Shown here piece after piece: positions 8,971 through 18,332 of a DNA stretch of 39,168 nt. The notes under the pieces are model-generated. The model searched no databases and was not told the DNA's origin. It was given only the letters and a program-made list of their open reading frames with translations. The stretch spans positions 1 to 39,168 of IMG/VR virus record IMGVR_UViG_3300020045_010087; one strand, written 5' to 3'. Numbering within the stretch: position 1 is the stretch's first letter; every line of letters starts with the position of its first letter. Source of the DNA: a virus. Lineage: Duplodnaviria; Caudoviricetes. The position numbers and the translations under genes were made by a program.

Positions 8971-9518
8971 AAAAGTTCGTGCACAGTTTCGACGACCATT
9001 TAGCGCGTTATGTATTTGCGCTTACGCACTGTCCGAGGAAAGACGTGTTAGATGCAGGAGGTAGCGATGGATTTGGCGCACATTTATTAGGATATGGTGC
9101 TAACACGATTACTCTTGCTGACATAAGCCAGGGCGCTCTTAACAATGCTAAGAAATGGTTCAAGCCTTTTGCCCCTACTAATTACGTTCAATGCGATTTC
9201 GAGAAGAGCTTTCCCGAAGGCTCCTGGGACGTTATCACTGCTTTTGAGGTTATTGAACATTTGACGCCAGAGGGCGGTGATTTATTCGTTAAGAACTGTT
9301 CTGAGCATTTGAGACCAGGAGGAAAGTTAGTATTCTCAGTTCCTCATATGGTTGCTAACCACGAGCATAAAACTCTTTACAATGAAGAAAAGATTAAAGC
9401 TGTTATGACCAAGCATCTAGATTTAGTTGAATACTATGTTCAGGACAAGAAATCTATTTCAGGAAAACCTTGCTATAACAACCTGAAATGTCATGTTGGG
9501 ATAGCGATAAAACGGTAG
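8967..9518 (+). CDS. Class I SAM-dependent methyltransferase
   Basis: HLARYVFA, VLDAGGSDGFG, DVITAFEVIEHL, LRPGG. Confidence 0.9.
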   Translation: MKKFVHSFDDHLARYVFALTHCPRKDVLDAGGSDGFGAHLLGYGANTITLADISQGALNNAKKWFKPFAPTNYVQCDFEKSFPEGSWDVITAFEVIEHLTPEGGDLFVKNCSEHLRPGGKLVFSVPHMVANHEHKTLYNEEKIKAVMTKHLDLVEYYVQDKKSISGKPCYNNLKCHVGIAIKR

Positions 9519-9522
9519 TTTT

Positions 9523-9533
9523 TGTGGTATAAT
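9523..9533 (+). promoter_or_regulatory. Extended -10 promoter, probable leaderless mRNA
   Basis: TGTGGTATAAT ends 7 nt before ATG 9541. Confidence 0.7.
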
Positions 9534-9540
9534 AATTAGG

Positions 9541-10944
9541 ATGATTAGGAAAATACCTGAAAAGGTCTGGTTTGAATTACAGCAACCCTTACTCAGATGG
9601 TTCGTAAATTCCAAAAGAGGAAAGAAGTTTTTTGATATAATCACCGACGACTATATAGACTATTTAGGTCCTAATTATTACAGGCACGATTTTAGGTTAA
9701 GACATAAGAAATATCATAAATCTCGTTTCTACGCTGGCTCTCCGTTTGCTGACGTTATTCGTGAACGATGGTATGAGTTCCAGACTATAGCCCAAGACTA
9801 TTATTCTATTGGCATAAAACGCGTGCCAACATTTCCAGTTGTACCCGTACCTGGTTTTGCTTTCACTACTACGACATTTTATGCAGATAATGGTAGTACT
9901 ACTATTGACGGTATCGTCCTAAGAAATGGAACATCAAGTACCTTCTTAGCAAATCAAGCGGCTTCTACTGGTACAGCCGTTGACGATACTGACCCGTGCG
10001 GCCAAGATTTAATGTACGACTATGTGGCTGCAAACAATTATAATTGTTCAAGATTTGGGCAGACTGTTGACACATCTTCTATAGGAGATTCTGATACCAT
10101 AACTGCTGCTTCTAGTGGCTGGATGTGGAATGGAGTAGAAAGCGCCAACAACGCAAGTCTTTCATTTAATATTTATTCGTTTACTCCAGCCGCGAATAAT
10201 AACCTTACAACCGCTGATTATGACAAAACGTTATTTGGGACGACTGCATGGGCTACTGCGATAACTCTTGCTAGTGTTATCACGGCGGGTGGCGACGTTT
10301 ACACCACCTTTACTTGGAACGCAACCGGAATCGCAGCAATCTCAAAAACTGGTATTACTAAATGGAGTTGTCGTTTTACGAAAGACGTAGCAGACGGAGA
10401 CGAAACAACCCGTAATTATATTGGTGGGTTCTATCTTTCGGCTAACGCAACCGCAAGTAAGCGTCCGTATCTCGAAGTAACATATACTGCGGTAACTACT
10501 ACGTCTAGTTCTACCAGTACGTCTACTTCGAGTTCAACGAGTACGTCAACCAGTACTTCTTCTAGTACTTCTAGTTCAAGTTCAACAAGTACATCTTCTA
10601 GTACGTCAAGTTCCACTTCTACAAGTTCTTCCACTTCATCAAGCACTTCTACTTCTAGTACATCCTCTAGTACCTCTTCCTCAACGTCTACGTCTTCTAG
10701 CACCAGTACATCAACTAGTACTTCAAGTTCGACAAGTACTTCAAGCTCAACAAGTAGTTCCTCATCATCCTCTAGTAGTACGAGCACTAGTAGTAGTAGT
10801 TCATCAAGCACCTCTACTTCGAGCAGTACTAGTACCTCAAGTAGCAGCTCAAGCTCAACTAGTTCTACTACTACCACGCCAACCTTTCTAATACCTATAT
10901 TAGATATTCAACAATATAAACCTATTGGATGGGTGACTCATTAA
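9541..10944 (+). CDS. Virion appendage-like protein with a 128-aa Ser/Thr stalk
   Basis: Basic N-terminal ~108 aa, beta-rich domain ending RPYLEVTY, pure S/T tract, PILDI tail. Confidence 0.8.
   Translation: MIRKIPEKVWFELQQPLLRWFVNSKRGKKFFDIITDDYIDYLGPNYYRHDFRLRHKKYHKSRFYAGSPFADVIRERWYEFQTIAQDYYSIGIKRVPTFPVVPVPGFAFTTTTFYADNGSTTIDGIVLRNGTSSTFLANQAASTGTAVDDTDPCGQDLMYDYVAANNYNCSRFGQTVDTSSIGDSDTITAASSGWMWNGVESANNASLSFNIYSFTPAANNNLTTADYDKTLFGTTAWATAITLASVITAGGDVYTTFTWNATGIAAISKTGITKWSCRFTKDVADGDETTRNYIGGFYLSANATASKRPYLEVTYTAVTTTSSSTSTSTSSSTSTSTSTSSSTSSSSSTSTSSSTSSSTSTSSSTSSSTSTSSTSSSTSSSTSTSSSTSTSTSTSSSTSTSSSTSSSSSSSSSTSTSSSSSSSTSTSSSTSTSSSSSSSTSSTTTTPTFLIPILDIQQYKPIGWVTH
10495..10878 (+). repeat. 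Low-complexity tract encoding 128 consecutive Ser/Thr
   Basis: Only TCN/AGY/ACN codons, synonymously shuffled. Confidence 0.95.
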
Positions 10945-10945
10945 T

Positions 10946-12082
10946 GTGTTTGAAAAACTATTCGGTTTCTTTTTTCAATTCGGGAATAAAATTCGTGTAG
11001 AGGCACGAACCGATGTTTCATATAGAGCAGATGGAAGCAAGTTAATCCATAGAGAGTTTTATACGTTCAGGGCGCTTCTTTCTCATTTATATGGAATTAT
11101 AATCAGGGAACATTTTAGGAGCTTTAAGGAATTATCAACCCTAGATGCTTATTTTTTACAGCGTGGTGCGATTGCGTTTGATGCAGTGGTAACTTCAGAT
11201 TTTCTTTCCTTCGCATATACAAATTTTAGTTTCAGCCATACGACTAGCGGTTCTAATCGTGGGCTTATAGTTTTTAGCACTACCTCCGGTAATGGCATAA
11301 GTGGTCCTACCATAACCTATAACAGTGTCGGATTAACGCTTCTGAACGCCTCTCTTGAATCAACAAATCTAGCGCTTGTCTCTGCGTATCTTATAAATCC
11401 TAGCTCTGGAAGTAATACGGTTTCCGGCAGTAGTTACCAGAGTAATTCAGCGAACCGTGCAATTGCCATTTCTTTTTCTGGCGCACATCAAACGACGATG
11501 ATTGGTACTGAAGTTGAAGAAAACCATCCACTGACTGATGCTACGTCGGCATCTGGTTCGATAACTACTACAAGAAACAACTCTCTAATTGTTGATTGTA
11601 TTATGAGTGATGGTGACATCTCTACTGGTAGTACTGCTACTGGTACTAATCAAACGGAACGAGCATCTGTTTCCACTGGATTCACGAGCAACGTTTCTAC
11701 TCAGACAACTACTACCGCTGGTTCGTATACGACATCATGGACTTGGACCAATGCTATTCGTTGGGCGTGGAAACGCATTGAAGTCTTTGAATTTGTAGCA
11801 GCAACAACAACTTCAACTTCAACGTCTACAAGTACCAGTTCATCGACGTCTACAAGCACTAGTAGTTCGACTAGTTCCTCGACTTCTAGTAGTAGTTCGT
11901 CAAGTACTTCTTCTACGACTACTATGTATATTACGCTTACTAGTAGCTCCACAACATCTAGCTCTACATCAACTACGAGCACAACATCTAGTACCAGTAC
12001 TAGTACTAGCTCAACTTCTTCGACCACTACTATTCAGCCATTTTTTGAGATTGTACGTCCAATTCTAAGAATAGTGAGATAA
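10946..12082 (+). CDS. Virion appendage-like protein with a Ser/Thr stalk
   Basis: GTG start 1 nt after the upstream stop; AIAFD...SFSHTTSGSNRGLIV beta domain; S/T tract; PILRI tail. Confidence 0.8.
   Translation: MFEKLFGFFFQFGNKIRVEARTDVSYRADGSKLIHREFYTFRALLSHLYGIIIREHFRSFKELSTLDAYFLQRGAIAFDAVVTSDFLSFAYTNFSFSHTTSGSNRGLIVFSTTSGNGISGPTITYNSVGLTLLNASLESTNLALVSAYLINPSSGSNTVSGSSYQSNSANRAIAISFSGAHQTTMIGTEVEENHPLTDATSASGSITTTRNNSLIVDCIMSDGDISTGSTATGTNQTERASVSTGFTSNVSTQTTTTAGSYTTSWTWTNAIRWAWKRIEVFEFVAATTTSTSTSTSTSSSTSTSTSSSTSSSTSSSSSSSTSSTTTMYITLTSSSTTSSSTSTTSTTSSTSTSTSSTSSTTTIQPFFEIVRPILRIVR
11804..12031 (+). repeat. Ser/Thr-encoding tract (76 codons, interrupted by MYITL)
   Basis: Direct translation. 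Confidence 0.9.
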
Positions 12083-12094
12083 AAGGTCGGAGAA

Positions 12095-12105
12095 TGTGTT
12101 ATAAT
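12095..12105 (+). promoter_or_regulatory. Extended -10 promoter (TGTGTTATAAT)
   Basis: Recurrent late-gene motif upstream of 12135. Confidence 0.65.
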
Positions 12106-12134
12106 TAGTCTATTAATCAAAATAATAATAAATT

Positions 12135-12668
12135 ATGTCAAGACAGTATTGGCAAGAATCACTAGCGTGGGCTACCGCTGACGGAACAGCGATAGCGGAC
12201 ACAACCACAGAAACAATTATTTTTCCGAACGTAACGGTTCCAGCGAACTATATGCAGGATGGGCGTGCTGTACGATTAAAAGCCTATGGGAAACTAAGTA
12301 CCACCGGAACGCCAACTATCACCTTCGCTATTCGTTGGGGTGGAGTTTCGGGAACTCTTTTGGCGACATCTGAGGCTATTACTTGCGCTTCGGGCGCTGC
12401 AAACACGGCCTGGTCATTGGAGGCAGTCATTCAAACTCGTTCAAACGGTTCGGCGGGAACAGTTATTGTGATTGGCAATGTGCAAGTAAATCTTACGTCT
12501 TCTACCGCTACCGAGGGAGTATTTGGAGTTTCAGGATTCGATGCTCCAGCAGCAGTTACCGTAGACCTCACCGCAGACACAGCTCTCTCGGTCACGGCAG
12601 ACTGGTCAGCAGCTTCAGCATCAAACACGCTTACAGGAATGTTATACACCATAGAGAGTCTTAACTAG
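12135..12668 (+). CDS. Putative virion structural protein (beta-sandwich), paralogous to the C-terminal domain of 20056
   Basis: T/A/G-rich; shared pattern ET...N....G..VR..A.G...T, W.L, [TL]D.TA...L..TA.W. Confidence 0.75.
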   Translation: MSRQYWQESLAWATADGTAIADTTTETIIFPNVTVPANYMQDGRAVRLKAYGKLSTTGTPTITFAIRWGGVSGTLLATSEAITCASGAANTAWSLEAVIQTRSNGSAGTVIVIGNVQVNLTSSTATEGVFGVSGFDAPAAVTVDLTADTALSVTADWSAASASNTLTGMLYTIESLN

Positions 12669-12672
12669 AAAT

Positions 12673-13077
12673 ATGATAAAGGTTACGCGATGGACACCGG
12701 ATACGTGTGAATGTGTATTAGAGTATTCGTGGGATGATTCAGTGCCAGAAGACCAGAGGGTACATACCCCAACGCAGTCTGTGTTTCGTTGTGTTCAGCA
12801 CTCACAAATAATTGATGGAACACGGCATCAAGATATTGTGCTTAACGAGAATAAACTGAAAAATGCTCTTTATAAGAAGTTGGTTGATTCTTTCCCTGCT
12901 CTTACTAAAAAAGATAACGCTGGAAAAGATGCACTTGATGATAGCAAGGTCAGCCTAATCTATGACTCCGATAGAGTTCTTAGGATAAACGTGGTAGGTC
13001 TTTCTTCAAAGGAGAAAAGCGACTTTGAGTCCCTACAAGACTCCGAACATGGCGCCGGTAAAGTGAAATTGATTTAA
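12673..13077 (+). CDS. Hypothetical protein, possible fibre assembly chaperone
   Basis: Charged 134 aa ORF with TRWTPDTCEC...C..H; coupled (TAATG) to the downstream fibre-like gene. Confidence 0.65.
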   Translation: MIKVTRWTPDTCECVLEYSWDDSVPEDQRVHTPTQSVFRCVQHSQIIDGTRHQDIVLNENKLKNALYKKLVDSFPALTKKDNAGKDALDDSKVSLIYDSDRVLRINVVGLSSKEKSDFESLQDSEHGAGKVKLI

Positions 13078-14324
13078 TGGCAAAGTCATTACAAACAAGT
13101 GGTATATTCAGTGGAACCGGAGGTACTACCAGCTATGAAATAGCTGGGGTTACTTATTATGGACAAGGAGCTACTACTGAGAGCAATTCCCATATTCCTT
13201 ATCAAACTGCTGGTACATTAGCTAACCTAACAGCCAATCTAAAATCGAATACATGTACCGGTACTTCGACTATCAAGACTAGGAAAAATGCCAGTGATGG
13301 TGCGCAAGCTCTTTCTATCGCAGCAACAACTACTGGTATTTTCGAGGACGTAGTTAACTCGGATTCAATAGCGTCAACTGATAATGTCGCTATTCAGTAT
13401 AGTGGTGGAACAGCTAATGGTTTAGCCGGATTACTTTCAACCACATTTGATGCTGGCAGCGTGACGGTAATTCACTGGGTTACAACTGTATTAACTGGTT
13501 CTTATAATACGGCATCTACGACCTATTTCATGCCCGTTGCAGGTGACGATTTATTCAATCTTGGTGGGACTACTGAGGGTCCTAATAAGATGAATTGTCC
13601 TATCGCTGGTACTCTTCAGAAAATGTATATGAAGGTGCCAGGCAATACTCACGTTGGGAATACGACTGTTAGGTCACGAGTAAATGGTGCAAATGGTGGC
13701 ATCTCTGTGAGTATCACAGCCCTAACGACTGGTGTGTTTACCGACTACTCAGGTACGGATGCTCTAGTAGCAGGTGATGATATAAACTATTCTATTACTG
13801 TTGCCGCCGGAGAAAGTGGTTCATTGAGTATCTACTTTATAGCGACAGAATTCGCCACTACCGAGGAGAAATTCATTTCCCTTTCGGGAGATACTATCGG
13901 TACTGCATTTAATAATGCAACCGCGTATTGGTATATAGGCTCTGGCGCAATTGATGGTCAGACGTCTGAGGCCGTAACTATGCAGAAAATGAGAATGAAC
14001 GCTCGTGCTTCAAATTTATTTTTGAATGTTTCTGCAAATACACATTCCGTTGCGGATACAGTTGCGTTCAGAGTTAATAATACAACAAGACTACTCATAT
14101 CTATACCAGCTTCTACTACCGGACAATTTGAAAATACCGATTTCTTTAACATTAAAAAGAATGATTCGGTTAATTTTCAACTTATTGCGGCGAATGGTAC
14201 TGGAAGTATAAAAATATTTATTGCAGCGATAACCTTTGCTGTTTTGACAGGCAGCACACCAGGAAACATGTATCGTCGAGTTTGGGTAGGAAATAATATG
14301 GGTCGTAGCGAGTCTGCAACTTAA
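13077..14324 (+). CDS. Fibre/spike-like protein with three tandem ~135-aa repeats
   Basis: Repeats TE.....AGTL..L......NT.....T...R.N.......SI.A.TTG.F.[DN] occur three times. Confidence 0.75.
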   Translation: MAKSLQTSGIFSGTGGTTSYEIAGVTYYGQGATTESNSHIPYQTAGTLANLTANLKSNTCTGTSTIKTRKNASDGAQALSIAATTTGIFEDVVNSDSIASTDNVAIQYSGGTANGLAGLLSTTFDAGSVTVIHWVTTVLTGSYNTASTTYFMPVAGDDLFNLGGTTEGPNKMNCPIAGTLQKMYMKVPGNTHVGNTTVRSRVNGANGGISVSITALTTGVFTDYSGTDALVAGDDINYSITVAAGESGSLSIYFIATEFATTEEKFISLSGDTIGTAFNNATAYWYIGSGAIDGQTSEAVTMQKMRMNARASNLFLNVSANTHSVADTVAFRVNNTTRLLISIPASTTGQFENTDFFNIKKNDSVNFQLIAANGTGSIKIFIAAITFAVLTGSTPGNMYRRVWVGNNMGRSESAT

Positions 14325-14331
14325 TTCAACT

Positions 14332-15000
14332 ATGGCTGAACTCCTAACCAAAGTAGACCCAGCGTGCCTCTCTGCTAATCAGCAAGCGGGGCAGGTTGTG
14401 GTTGTGCAAGAAAATAACTTTGCGTGGAGTGATTTAGAACGTAAGCTCTTTGTCGTTGTTCGTGTACCGCTTTCAGTTGCAGATGCTAAGGCACGCTTCC
14501 TAAAAGAAGGAATACCTGATGCGGTACTCAACGCTTATGACCAAGCACTTTCACAAGCCGCGCAAAGCGTAGGGTTTTCTGCTGATGAAAGACGACTACC
14601 TCTCATACTTTCAAAGGTCAACCTTTCACAAGCTCACAAGGCCGCTATCATAAATGCCCGAAATGGACTAGACGGCCACGCTTCTCGCAAGGAGTACATC
14701 AACCCAGCGCTTATTCAGACTGAGATTAACCAAGTGGTTAGTAATCGTCAGGTGATTACCAATAACCACGTTGCGGCTAAAGCAGCCGCTCGTGCCGCAG
14801 TTGAGGCAAAGTATTTTGAGCTTACTGGTGAGCAAGCAAACCCCGAACTCAAAACTTCCCAGCTCTACGAGAATGCACAGCGCAATAATGACAAACTGGC
14901 TACTGCTTTACTCAAAGCCTCAAAGGAAGGCTACGACAGCGTTTCAAAAAAGGATGTTGAAAAGATTAACCCGCATAAGATAGTTGAACTTGACCTATGA
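14332..15000 (+). CDS. Hypothetical protein, possible fibre chaperone
   Basis: MAELL...GQVVVV...W...E...FVVVRVP; ATGA overlap with the next gene. Confidence 0.65.
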   Translation: MAELLTKVDPACLSANQQAGQVVVVQENNFAWSDLERKLFVVVRVPLSVADAKARFLKEGIPDAVLNAYDQALSQAAQSVGFSADERRLPLILSKVNLSQAHKAAIINARNGLDGHASRKEYINPALIQTEINQVVSNRQVITNNHVAAKAAARAAVEAKYFELTGEQANPELKTSQLYENAQRNNDKLATALLKASKEGYDSVSKKDVEKINPHKIVELDL

Positions 15001-16022
15001 TTAGTAAAACAATCGGTTCAGCAACAGCGGGAAATAACACGGGAGGGGCAACCGCCGACTACACTTCAATCGCGTCGTGGGAAGCTGCTATCGCAAACAC
15101 TGACGACGAAACAGGCACAGTCATCACGATGGTGAGTCCGACTGAAACTTCAACCGTTGCAATAAATGCTTCAAATAGTGGAGGTTATATTTATCTCTTG
15201 ACTGCTGATGGTACTACGTTTATTAATGCTCCTACTTATACCGCACAAACAACTCGCGCTCGTATCCAGGCAGACGGCGGTACAAGCAACGGCGTAATTC
15301 TAGTCAATACAACTGGCGTAATTATTGAAAAGTTAGGTATTACTTCAACAACAGCAGTTTATGGTTTCTGCATCTACTCAAAACAAACCTGTACTGTAAG
15401 GCGATGTGGTTTTCGTGGGACAGGAACGTATTACGATGGTGTATATGCTGACACTAATGCTCAAACCTTAACCGTAAGCAACATTTTTGCGATACAAGAC
15501 TCTGATGCTGCCGTTGTTGCAGTAGCCTCTAACATTGCTATCACTATTAATGTGTATCAATCTTCCTGCCTTATCATATCAGCTGGTGCAGCGTGGAGTT
15601 TTGGAGCAGTTCAAGATGGCACTGGCGCTGCTACTGTAAATTGCTATGGATGTATCGTTCAGGGCGGTTCGGGAGCGCAGGGTGGACAATATATTGTTAC
15701 TGGCGGTGGAACTTTGGGGGGAAATTATAATGTGGCTGGTGATACATCCGCACCTGGAGCGAATAGTTTGCAATCTCAAAGTGGAGCGTTTACAAATGTG
15801 ACTGCCACGACTGATGACTATTCGCTCACCTCATCAACGAATTGGGACATTGTAGACCGCACAGGTTTTCCCTCGGACACTAATACTGACATTCGAGGTA
15901 TGATTCGCCCTTCAAATGGTGCGGATGCAGGAGTGTGGCAATCTGTTTATGTAAACACCGCAAGGTTTCCAAGTAAGAACAACCTAAGACCTCGTGCGTT
16001 TGCACCAGGGAACCCGCGGTAG
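14997..16022 (+). CDS. Right-handed beta-helix (pectate-lyase-like) spike/receptor-binding protein
   Basis: DYTSIASWEAA N-terminus; stacked G/I/V/C beta-helix rungs; DYSL...DIRG..RP...DAG; C-terminal LRPRAFAPG. Confidence 0.7.
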   Translation: MISKTIGSATAGNNTGGATADYTSIASWEAAIANTDDETGTVITMVSPTETSTVAINASNSGGYIYLLTADGTTFINAPTYTAQTTRARIQADGGTSNGVILVNTTGVIIEKLGITSTTAVYGFCIYSKQTCTVRRCGFRGTGTYYDGVYADTNAQTLTVSNIFAIQDSDAAVVAVASNIAITINVYQSSCLIISAGAAWSFGAVQDGTGAATVNCYGCIVQGGSGAQGGQYIVTGGGTLGGNYNVAGDTSAPGANSLQSQSGAFTNVTATTDDYSLTSSTNWDIVDRTGFPSDTNTDIRGMIRPSNGADAGVWQSVYVNTARFPSKNNLRPRAFAPGNPR

Positions 16023-16031
16023 TTATGAACT

Positions 16032-16910
16032 ATGGGATTTTTTCAACTAAGAAGTACGGGAAGGTTAAAAGTAGACAATCCGGCTGCTGCCGGTACTACA
16101 ACCACGACAACTTCTACTAGTACATCTACGTCGACTAGTTCTTCAACTTCTACCTCGACCAGTACTAGCACTAGCACTTCAACATCGACTACGACGAGTA
16201 GTACATCAACGAGTACTAGTACGTCTTCGTCAACAAGCAGTTCGACCTCAACCTCAACCAGTACCTCAACTTCTACTTCAAGCACTAGTACCTCAACCTC
16301 GACTAGCTCTTCTTCTTCAACTAGTACATCAACTAGTACCAGTACGTCTACGTCTTCTAGTACTTCTACTAGTACTTCTTCGACGACAACTGCCGAAGGA
16401 CAGACGACTAGCAGCAGTAGCTCAACCTCGACATCAACTTCAAGTTCGACTTCTACATCTACCAGTACATCTACAAGCACAAGTACCTCCTCTTCGACCA
16501 GTTCTACTAGTACTTCGACGTCAACTTCAAGTAGCACTAGTACGTCAAGCAGCACATCTACTAGTACCTCAACTTCATCTTCCACTAGTAGTTCTACCAG
16601 TAGTTCGAGTAGTACATCAACGTCTACCTCTACAAGTTCGTCTACGAGTAGTTCGTCATCAAGTACCTCAACTTCTACTTCAAGTAGTACTTCCTCTTCT
16701 ACTTCGAGCTCTACGAGTAGCTCAACATCAACTACGACTAGTACAACATCGTCAAGTACGAGCACCTCTAGTACGACAACGTTCTCCAGTTCCTCTACCA
16801 GTAGTTCTTCTACAACGACTGGGGTAATCATAGAGGCTACTCACCAAAAACCAATACTCGACATTCGCCCATATGTTCCTATCTTCCATACGTATCGCAC
16901 GAGAAGATAA
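16032..16910 (+). CDS. Mucin-like Ser/Thr protein (about 80% S/T)
   Basis: 21-aa head, 242-codon S/T tract broken only by AEGQ and F, 29-aa tail with PILDI. Confidence 0.8.
   Translation: MGFFQLRSTGRLKVDNPAAAGTTTTTTSTSTSTSTSSSTSTSTSTSTSTSTSTTTSSTSTSTSTSSSTSSSTSTSTSTSTSTSSTSTSTSTSSSSSTSTSTSTSTSTSSSTSTSTSSTTTAEGQTTSSSSSTSTSTSSSTSTSTSTSTSTSTSSSTSSTSTSTSTSSSTSTSSSTSTSTSTSSSTSSSTSSSSSTSTSTSTSSSTSSSSSSTSTSTSSSTSSSTSSSTSSSTSTTTSTTSSSTSTSSTTTFSSSSTSSSSTTTGVIIEATHQKPILDIRPYVPIFHTYRTRR
16095..16820 (+). repeat. Ser/Thr-encoding tract (242 codons)
   Basis: Direct translation; codon-shuffled, no long perfect DNA repeat seen. Confidence 0.95.
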
Positions 16911-16937
16911 ATTATGATATAATTATTACACAAACAA

Positions 16938-18329
16938 ATGTTATTTCTGACAAGAAACTTTGAGTTAGTTAAGAACCGCGAGAAAACTTTCCTTACGGCG
17001 GCTATATCTGCAACTGCGACTACTCTTACCGTTAAGGCAGTAGATAGTAACGCTTGGGCCAATAATGACTGGGTTATTGTTGGAGAAATAGGAACGAAAA
17101 ACGCGGAAATACTCCAAATAAATGGCTCTGTTTCTGATGGTACCTCTCTAACCATAGACAATGCTGGCTCCGGTGGCGCTCGTTATGCTCATTCGGTTGA
17201 CGAGCCAGTATATCGCATCGATTATAATCAATACGACGTCTACCGAAATACCACTGACTCAACGAGTGGATTAACTACTTTGGTGTCTGGCAGGGAGATT
17301 CAGGTAGATGACTTATTTAGTCGTTATGAAGATGGTAGTAATTCAACCGGCTATGGATTTATTCGCTTCTATAATTCCCAGACTGGTGGTTATTCAGACT
17401 ACTCAGATGGCATTCCATACACTGGTTATACTCCTCGCTCACTAGGGAGAATGATTCGTAAGGTACGTAAACTTCTTGGAGAAATCAGTTTCAAATACGT
17501 ACAAGACGAGGACATCACTGATGAGATAAATGAAGGACAACGAGACATAGCTCACGAACGCCTATGGCCATTTTATGAAGACATCTTCTCTACATCAAGG
17601 ATAGCCAATACCAGAGAGTATTCCATTGGTTCTGGTGTAGTTATAGGTAAGCCTCACTCAATTACTTGTGAGTCTGAACCTCTCGCCAAGGTGGATAATG
17701 CACGATATGAGCAGTTCTTCTGGGACACAGTACGCACTGGTGAACCAACGCACGTAAACGTCTGGAATAACAAGATACGCTTATATCCAGTGCCATCGGA
17801 TGCCGCTTCTACTACTACCCTCAACGGAGCCATTTCTAGCGCCACCGCAACCACCATCACACTTACTGATACTTCAGCGCTCTCTCCGTCTGGCCGTATC
17901 ATTGTGGACAGTGAAGTTATTTCTTACGACAACAAAAGTACTACTCAAATTCTTGGCTGCCAGCGTGGACTCGAAGGAACTACAGCAACGACTCATTTGA
18001 CTGGATCCACCGTTACAGAGCGTGATATCATCTATACTGCTAATGTTGAACCTACTGAACTTGTAGACATTCAAGATGAGACAGATGTTCCTGACCCAGC
18101 GGCACTTGAGTACTACGCCGCGATGAATCTTGCCATCGGTAAACTCTCTGACCAAGTGCTCCATGACCGCATGAAACTGAAACATGCAGAAGCAGTCCAG
18201 AGCCTTAGAGATAAGTTTGGAATTAAGATTACTAGTCAGGGTTATAGGATAAAAGACAAGAATGACATTGTACGTGACACTTCTATGTATAGGAATCCTA
18301 ACGATTACCCAACGTCAGTGGGTGTATAA
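16938..18329 (+). CDS. Head-to-tail adaptor (podoviral connector-like) with inserted beta modules
   Basis: VRKLLGE...DEDITDEINEGQRDIA...WPF, IRLYPVP adaptor motifs; precedes the nozzle. Confidence 0.7.
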   Translation: MLFLTRNFELVKNREKTFLTAAISATATTLTVKAVDSNAWANNDWVIVGEIGTKNAEILQINGSVSDGTSLTIDNAGSGGARYAHSVDEPVYRIDYNQYDVYRNTTDSTSGLTTLVSGREIQVDDLFSRYEDGSNSTGYGFIRFYNSQTGGYSDYSDGIPYTGYTPRSLGRMIRKVRKLLGEISFKYVQDEDITDEINEGQRDIAHERLWPFYEDIFSTSRIANTREYSIGSGVVIGKPHSITCESEPLAKVDNARYEQFFWDTVRTGEPTHVNVWNNKIRLYPVPSDAASTTTLNGAISSATATTITLTDTSALSPSGRIIVDSEVISYDNKSTTQILGCQRGLEGTTATTHLTGSTVTERDIIYTANVEPTELVDIQDETDVPDPAALEYYAAMNLAIGKLSDQVLHDRMKLKHAEAVQSLRDKFGIKITSQGYRIKDKNDIVRDTSMYRNPNDYPTSVGV

Positions 18330-18332
18330 ACT

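Noticed and set aside
5724-9518. Cluster as a DNA hypermodification pathway
   Set aside because: No hydroxymethylase, nucleotide kinase, phage polymerase or 7-deazaguanine genes; it sits among virion genes next to S/T acceptors. Disfavoured rather than excluded
10495-16820. S/T tracts as a CRISPR array, DGR repeats or satellite DNA
   Set aside because: No constant repeat with unique spacers, no reverse transcriptase and no adenine-specific TR/VR pair; the repetition is at the amino-acid level
10431-16831. Antisense V/E/L/D-rich ORFs (10431-10877, 11701-12027, 16043-16831)
   Set aside because: They follow automatically from S/T codons: the offset antisense frame can only give GAN, GTN or CTN, so it cannot contain stops
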